A stretch of 64,000 nucleotides of DNA from Podarcis erhardii. Its lineage: Eukaryota. The position numbers and the translations under genes are program-made. The notes under the pieces were generated by a model, which was not told where the DNA came from, did no database searches, and saw only the letters and a list, made by a program, of their open reading frames with translations. Positions 60,062-64,000 of the stretch are shown here, one piece after another. The stretch lies in NCBI GenBank assembly GCA_964252035.1, contig OZ176205.1; one strand, written 5' to 3'. Every line of letters begins with the position of its first letter. Within the stretch, counting starts at the first letter, position 1.

Positions 60062-60322
60062 CAGTGCTGGTGCCAGATATTTTGCACCCTAGGTAAGGCT
60101 AACCTTGCACACACGCATACCCCCCAAAATGGCTAACTTCAGTTTACAAAAAATGTATTGTAGAAATCATAAAATTCTTCAAAATATAAAATATTACTAG
60201 AAATTCATAAGCTATAACAAAAAACAATCTGTAAACTGTGCCCCTAAAAGGTCAGCACTGCGCCCCTCTGAGGTCTGTGCCCTAGGTGGCTGCCTAGTTG
60301 GCCTAATGATAGCACTGGCCTC
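60062..60322. mobile_element. Non-autonomous hAT-type element
   Basis: Termini CAGTGCTGGTGCCA / TAGCACTGGCCTC are degenerate CAGGGCCGGTGCTA-type TIRs. TSD cctgtact (60054-60061) / cctttact (60323-60330), 7/8 match. Confidence 0.65.
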
Positions 60323-61039
60323 CCTTTACTGAATCCATGGTTCTGAACCCCACCTATAAGCAAAATTGGAATATATTTTTGTTTCTCTAGATTGAGTTGT
60401 GCAAGACACCGTATATGTTTCAAGTTTGAATCAGGTGAAATAATATGTTGCCTATCTTTGTGGTAAAAGCAGACTTAAAATACAGGTGGCAGTTTTGTGC
60501 ACATCCAATTGATTCATGACTGCTGATGCCTGGGTACTTTTGGACTCCACCAACATTTGTAGGGCCCAGGAACAGAATTCCCATGCAAATTGGTCGCCAC
60601 CTGTATTTATCTTTTTAGAGAAGATGGGCATGCTTGTATATAAAGACTTTAAACTATTTAAAGCGTGGAATGAGCTGTCCATGTTTGTGTGTGAGAGAGA
60701 AAGGGGGTGGGGACTTTCTGCGTAATTTCATTCATTTATTTACATTTATACCCTGCACTCTCAATTTAAAGTCATGTTTTCTAATGCAGAAAATCTAAAG
60801 CAACAACTAAGCTATAAATACCAATTTTTTTAGGAAAACAGAAATATATTTGCTAGGTACCTTAATGATAGTAGTAAGAGTGCTAGGTAGGTCTCTCTGG
60901 GAAGGGTATTCCAAAGAAAAGGCACCATCATTGCAAAGACTGGCTCTGTTACCTTCTGCTGCACTTCCATTTGGTGGGGGCTCCAAGAGAAGAGACAACA
61001 GAGGACAATCTCAGTAGATGAGCAGAATGATCCAAGATA

Positions 61040-61210
61040 AAGTAGTGAAACAGGTATCTGGATGCTGGGCTTTAAAGGTTAAGAACAACCATTTGAATTG
61101 AGCTTGGAAAGTTGCCTGGAATCAGCAAAGCTCTTTCAGTACAGACAAGATATGATCTCTACAGCTGGTCCCTGTTGGCTGTTTAGCCTCAGTATTCTAA
61201 ATTAGCTTCA
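61040..61210 (-). mobile_element. L2 ORF2 C-terminal fragment
   Basis: Reverse complement translates FQAQFKWLFLTFKAQ, compared with L2 FRAQFKVLVLTFKAL. Confidence 0.55.
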
Positions 61211-63188
61211 GTAATCCAACCCAGAATTTACCAGGACATGGCTAACTATGACTAGACTTTCAGGGGCAGGGGTGGGGGGGGTGGGCAGTTATCAGCTTGA
61301 GTTGATAGGTCTTTTGTGCTGCTGAGGTTACTTGAGCCTCAAATGATGAATCTGAAAACACTCATAGTCTGAGTACCTGATCCTCTAGAGAGGGTGCAAT
61401 CACTTTCAGATCTTGTTGAATACCACCTCTCTGCACCTCCGTCTTGTCTAGATTGAATTTCAATTTATTGACCCATATCCAGTCCATTACTTCTCCCAAA
61501 TACTGAATCAGTACTTTTCTGACTCAGTTGGGGAAAAAGTAGAGCTATTATTGTATAACAGCAATATGGAATGTTCCATTACTTCCAGCTTCCGGAAGTG
61601 CAGTTCTATTGCAGCCCCAATTTTATTCGCAACACAAATATAATGGTGTTAGTTAGGGCTTTGCAGCAAGAGGAAAAATATTTACATCTTTTAAAAAATA
61701 TGTGGGTTTTAGTTCTGGAGTGATGGAATACAAATTCTTTCATGAAAAATAAACTTACTGAAATGGAATGCAGGGAAGATGTAGTTACGCACTTCACCAG
61801 TGAACATTCATGTGAGCGCTTACTCTGTATGACGTATAAAATATATATTTGTTTTTAAAGGGCATGGGATTTTATCTTACTAGCATAGTCATGGGTGCTG
61901 TTAAACATACAGATGTCTAGCAAAACGGTGCTTCTAGGTTGCACTTCGAGTGGGGAGGCATTAGATTTTTTGGAAGTAAAAGGCCATGTATCTTCCCATC
62001 CCAAACGTTCTAGTTTGTTCATGATTGAAAAAACAGACCCACACATTGCATGCAAAAAGAGGATGGGGGAAGCGAAAGTATGTCACAAGAGTGGAAAAGG
62101 AAAAAGATGTTGTGTTTATAGTCACCCAAGAGAATAATGCTGAAGTCACCTTCATTAATAAGATAATTAATTCATTTTAATCTAGGTATGCTTGTCATAT
62201 CATCATATTCCGTGGCAGTGAATGCCACAGACTATTGATGCACTTCTGTTTTGCTTGTAAATGAATTTCATCACACCCTCTAATCTAGAAGTATACCAAG
62301 TAGTAGGTCAGTGTTTTCTATTATCCCCCCCCCAAACTGTTCATAATTTCAGTAACACCTATGTCATGCTATATATCTTATCCACTCATACAGAAGAACC
62401 GTGGAAACAGATTATAGAAAAATGGTTCTTTAGAAAGGCATAAATAATCATTTTTAAACTCAGAAATTGGAGAGGGGGAGAGCTGTCTAATGTGTGCAGT
62501 TTAGATCTAGCCTGCTACACATGTGAAATGGGCCTCTTTACTCATAGCAAAGGTCCTGTGCTCATATCTCTGTGGGGCTGTTTCTTGCTCGGAACTCCTA
62601 GAATGTTCAGCATTAACTCAATTTTGGTGCTGGGTCCAGCTGCTCCAAGGCCAGGCAGAGCAGAGCTGTGTACACAGTGCTCGAGGGCTACTGTGCTCTC
62701 AAGGTAAGTGATCTTGATAGGTACATTCTGACTGATGAGGGAGTTTGTCTCCCGAACTGTCACAGGGTTTATAGAGGTGCCACTCAACAGTGGTGCTGGA
62801 ATTGCTTGTCAAGCAGCCGCCTACAAGAGCAATGGGGATCGGAGACAGAACAGTAACTTTGTTTTTTCTTGGCTTAATGGCTCCCGAGTCTGACCTGCAT
62901 GCTCACTCTTGTTTGTCTGGACCTTTAGAAAGGCATCTTGGATTAAGACTGTCAGAAAATGGTGTTGCTTTAGCTTCAGTAGGGTTAGTTATATCACCAA
63001 AAGTAAATGGTATTCAGCCAAAAGCTAGCAGATTGAAAGAATGAGTTGGCAAAATTATTTTCTCTAAGGAATGCCAAATTGGGAATTAAGAAGCTTACGA
63101 CACAATTTTAATAATTTTAAACTTCAGTGATGAGGCAATACACTCGCCTCATCCGAAAGCAAAAACATGCTTTATCCCTTTAAAACTT

Positions 63189-63225
63189 TTCTTCTTCTTC
63201 TTCTTCTTCTTCTTCTTCTTCTTCT
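63189..63225. repeat. (TTC)12 microsatellite
   Basis: Direct inspection. Confidence 0.95.
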
Positions 63226-63364
63226 GCTTTGAGTCTATTTAAGCTGCTGCATAAATACTAGTTAATAACACGATAGCATGCTTTGTGTTCTTTTAACCAC
63301 TCCAGATGAGAAGACATCAAAATGGGCCTAAATACACAGCATTTTATTCTGATTAGTCATATTT

Positions 63365-63510
63365 GGAAGAATGTGGTGATGCCCAATGGCTTTAAACAGA
63401 GATTTAGCAAATTCTTGGAGGATAGCCCTGTCAGCTGCTACTGGACATGATTACTAAATGGAACCTCCATCTTCAAAGGTGGTCTCCTGGTTACCCATTG
63501 CTGGGGCTAG
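63365..63510 (+). mobile_element. CR1 3' fragment
   Basis: atggctttaaacagagatttagcaaattcttggaggatag...gctactggacatgat..aaatggaacctccat. Confidence 0.7.
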
Positions 63511-64000
63511 CCGCACAGGAGGTTGCATGACTTGAAAGTACTGAATGATAAGAAAGGGGGAACTTAATCTGGAACAAAGTTAATCATGACCTTTACTGCC
63601 CTCTGGGGGCTGGGTTTGGCCAAGATTCTGCCTTGGAATCTGATTTGTATCCCATTCAACAGCCCTGGAATTTGTGAAATGTAAGAGAACGTATCTAAGC
63701 ACTAGTCTGCCCAATCTTAAATTTAATAATTTCTAGAACAGCAGGCATAGGTTCCAAGTAGGCTTCAGACCCAGCACATATATTTTTGAAAACAAAACAG
63801 TTCTCTTTCCCAAGCAGAGCCCAACCATCTTCTCTGAACCAGTGCAATTTTTTAAATTTTTTTTTAATGCACCTCCTCTCTCCCGCACCTGAAGTCCTAA
63901 CTTAAAAATTCATTGCTTTCTGGCTGCTACAAGGGAAATGTTGCCAGTGGTGTTCAGGATGAGATTGCTGGCCAGGGAACTGAGGAAGCAGTGAGCTAGC

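Noticed and set aside
60078-60098. Recursive-splice-like site ttttgcaccctAG|GTAAGG
   Set aside because: Falls inside the hAT element, has a short pyrimidine tract, and has no independent support.
172-63044. The bulk of the ~170 short track ORFs (60-150 aa)
   Set aside because: They show no recognisable domains, many use non-ATG starts, and they lie in introns or repeats. This number is expected by chance in six frames of 64 kb.
46313-64000. Downstream RNF220 exons (…DLDVDGDDTLEYG… and the RING domain)
   Set aside because: Searched by eye and not found. The intron is apparently longer than 17.6 kb.

Overview
This is vertebrate genomic DNA from a squamate reptile, most likely a lacertid lizard. 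That is inferred from the repeat content: Sauria SINE, a tRNA-Ala-headed SINE, a MIR-derived SINE with a (CCT/CTT)n tail, and squamate L2/CR1 tails. The whole window lies inside the RNF220 E3 ubiquitin ligase gene on the + strand. Five consecutive GT-AG coding exons (13137-13182, 26282-26377, 33838-33880, 44306-44349/44427, 46180-46312) join in frame to ...KNSILKDVMAPGTPK-SILLSASIKREGDSPTASPHSSDDIHHSDRYQ-TFLRVRANRQTRLN-ARIGKMKRRKQDEGQ[VCPLCSQPLSGSEEERSRHVEQCLAK]-REGSCMMEDDAVDIENENGNRFEEYEWCGQKRIRATTLLEGGFRG. I did not find the preceding or following exons in the window. The rest is intron, containing SINE/LINE fragments, hAT and Tc1/mariner MITEs, microsatellites, a 209-N assembly gap and several enhancer-like motif clusters. 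There is no prokaryote-type system (no CRISPR array, operon or intact retroelement), and most track ORFs are spurious. The most interesting observations are: (1) an intragenic CpG-island promoter whose uORF is in frame with RNF220 and separated from it by a single UGA; (2) two in-frame 5' splice sites that switch a CCHC (UBZ4-like) zinc finger on or off; (3) a 55-bp-arm near-perfect intronic hairpin that I could not assign to a known repeat; (4) clusters of PBX-HOX/MEIS and Onecut/CUX-type motifs. Repeat-family names and comparisons with mammalian RNF220 are from memory and were not checked against databases.
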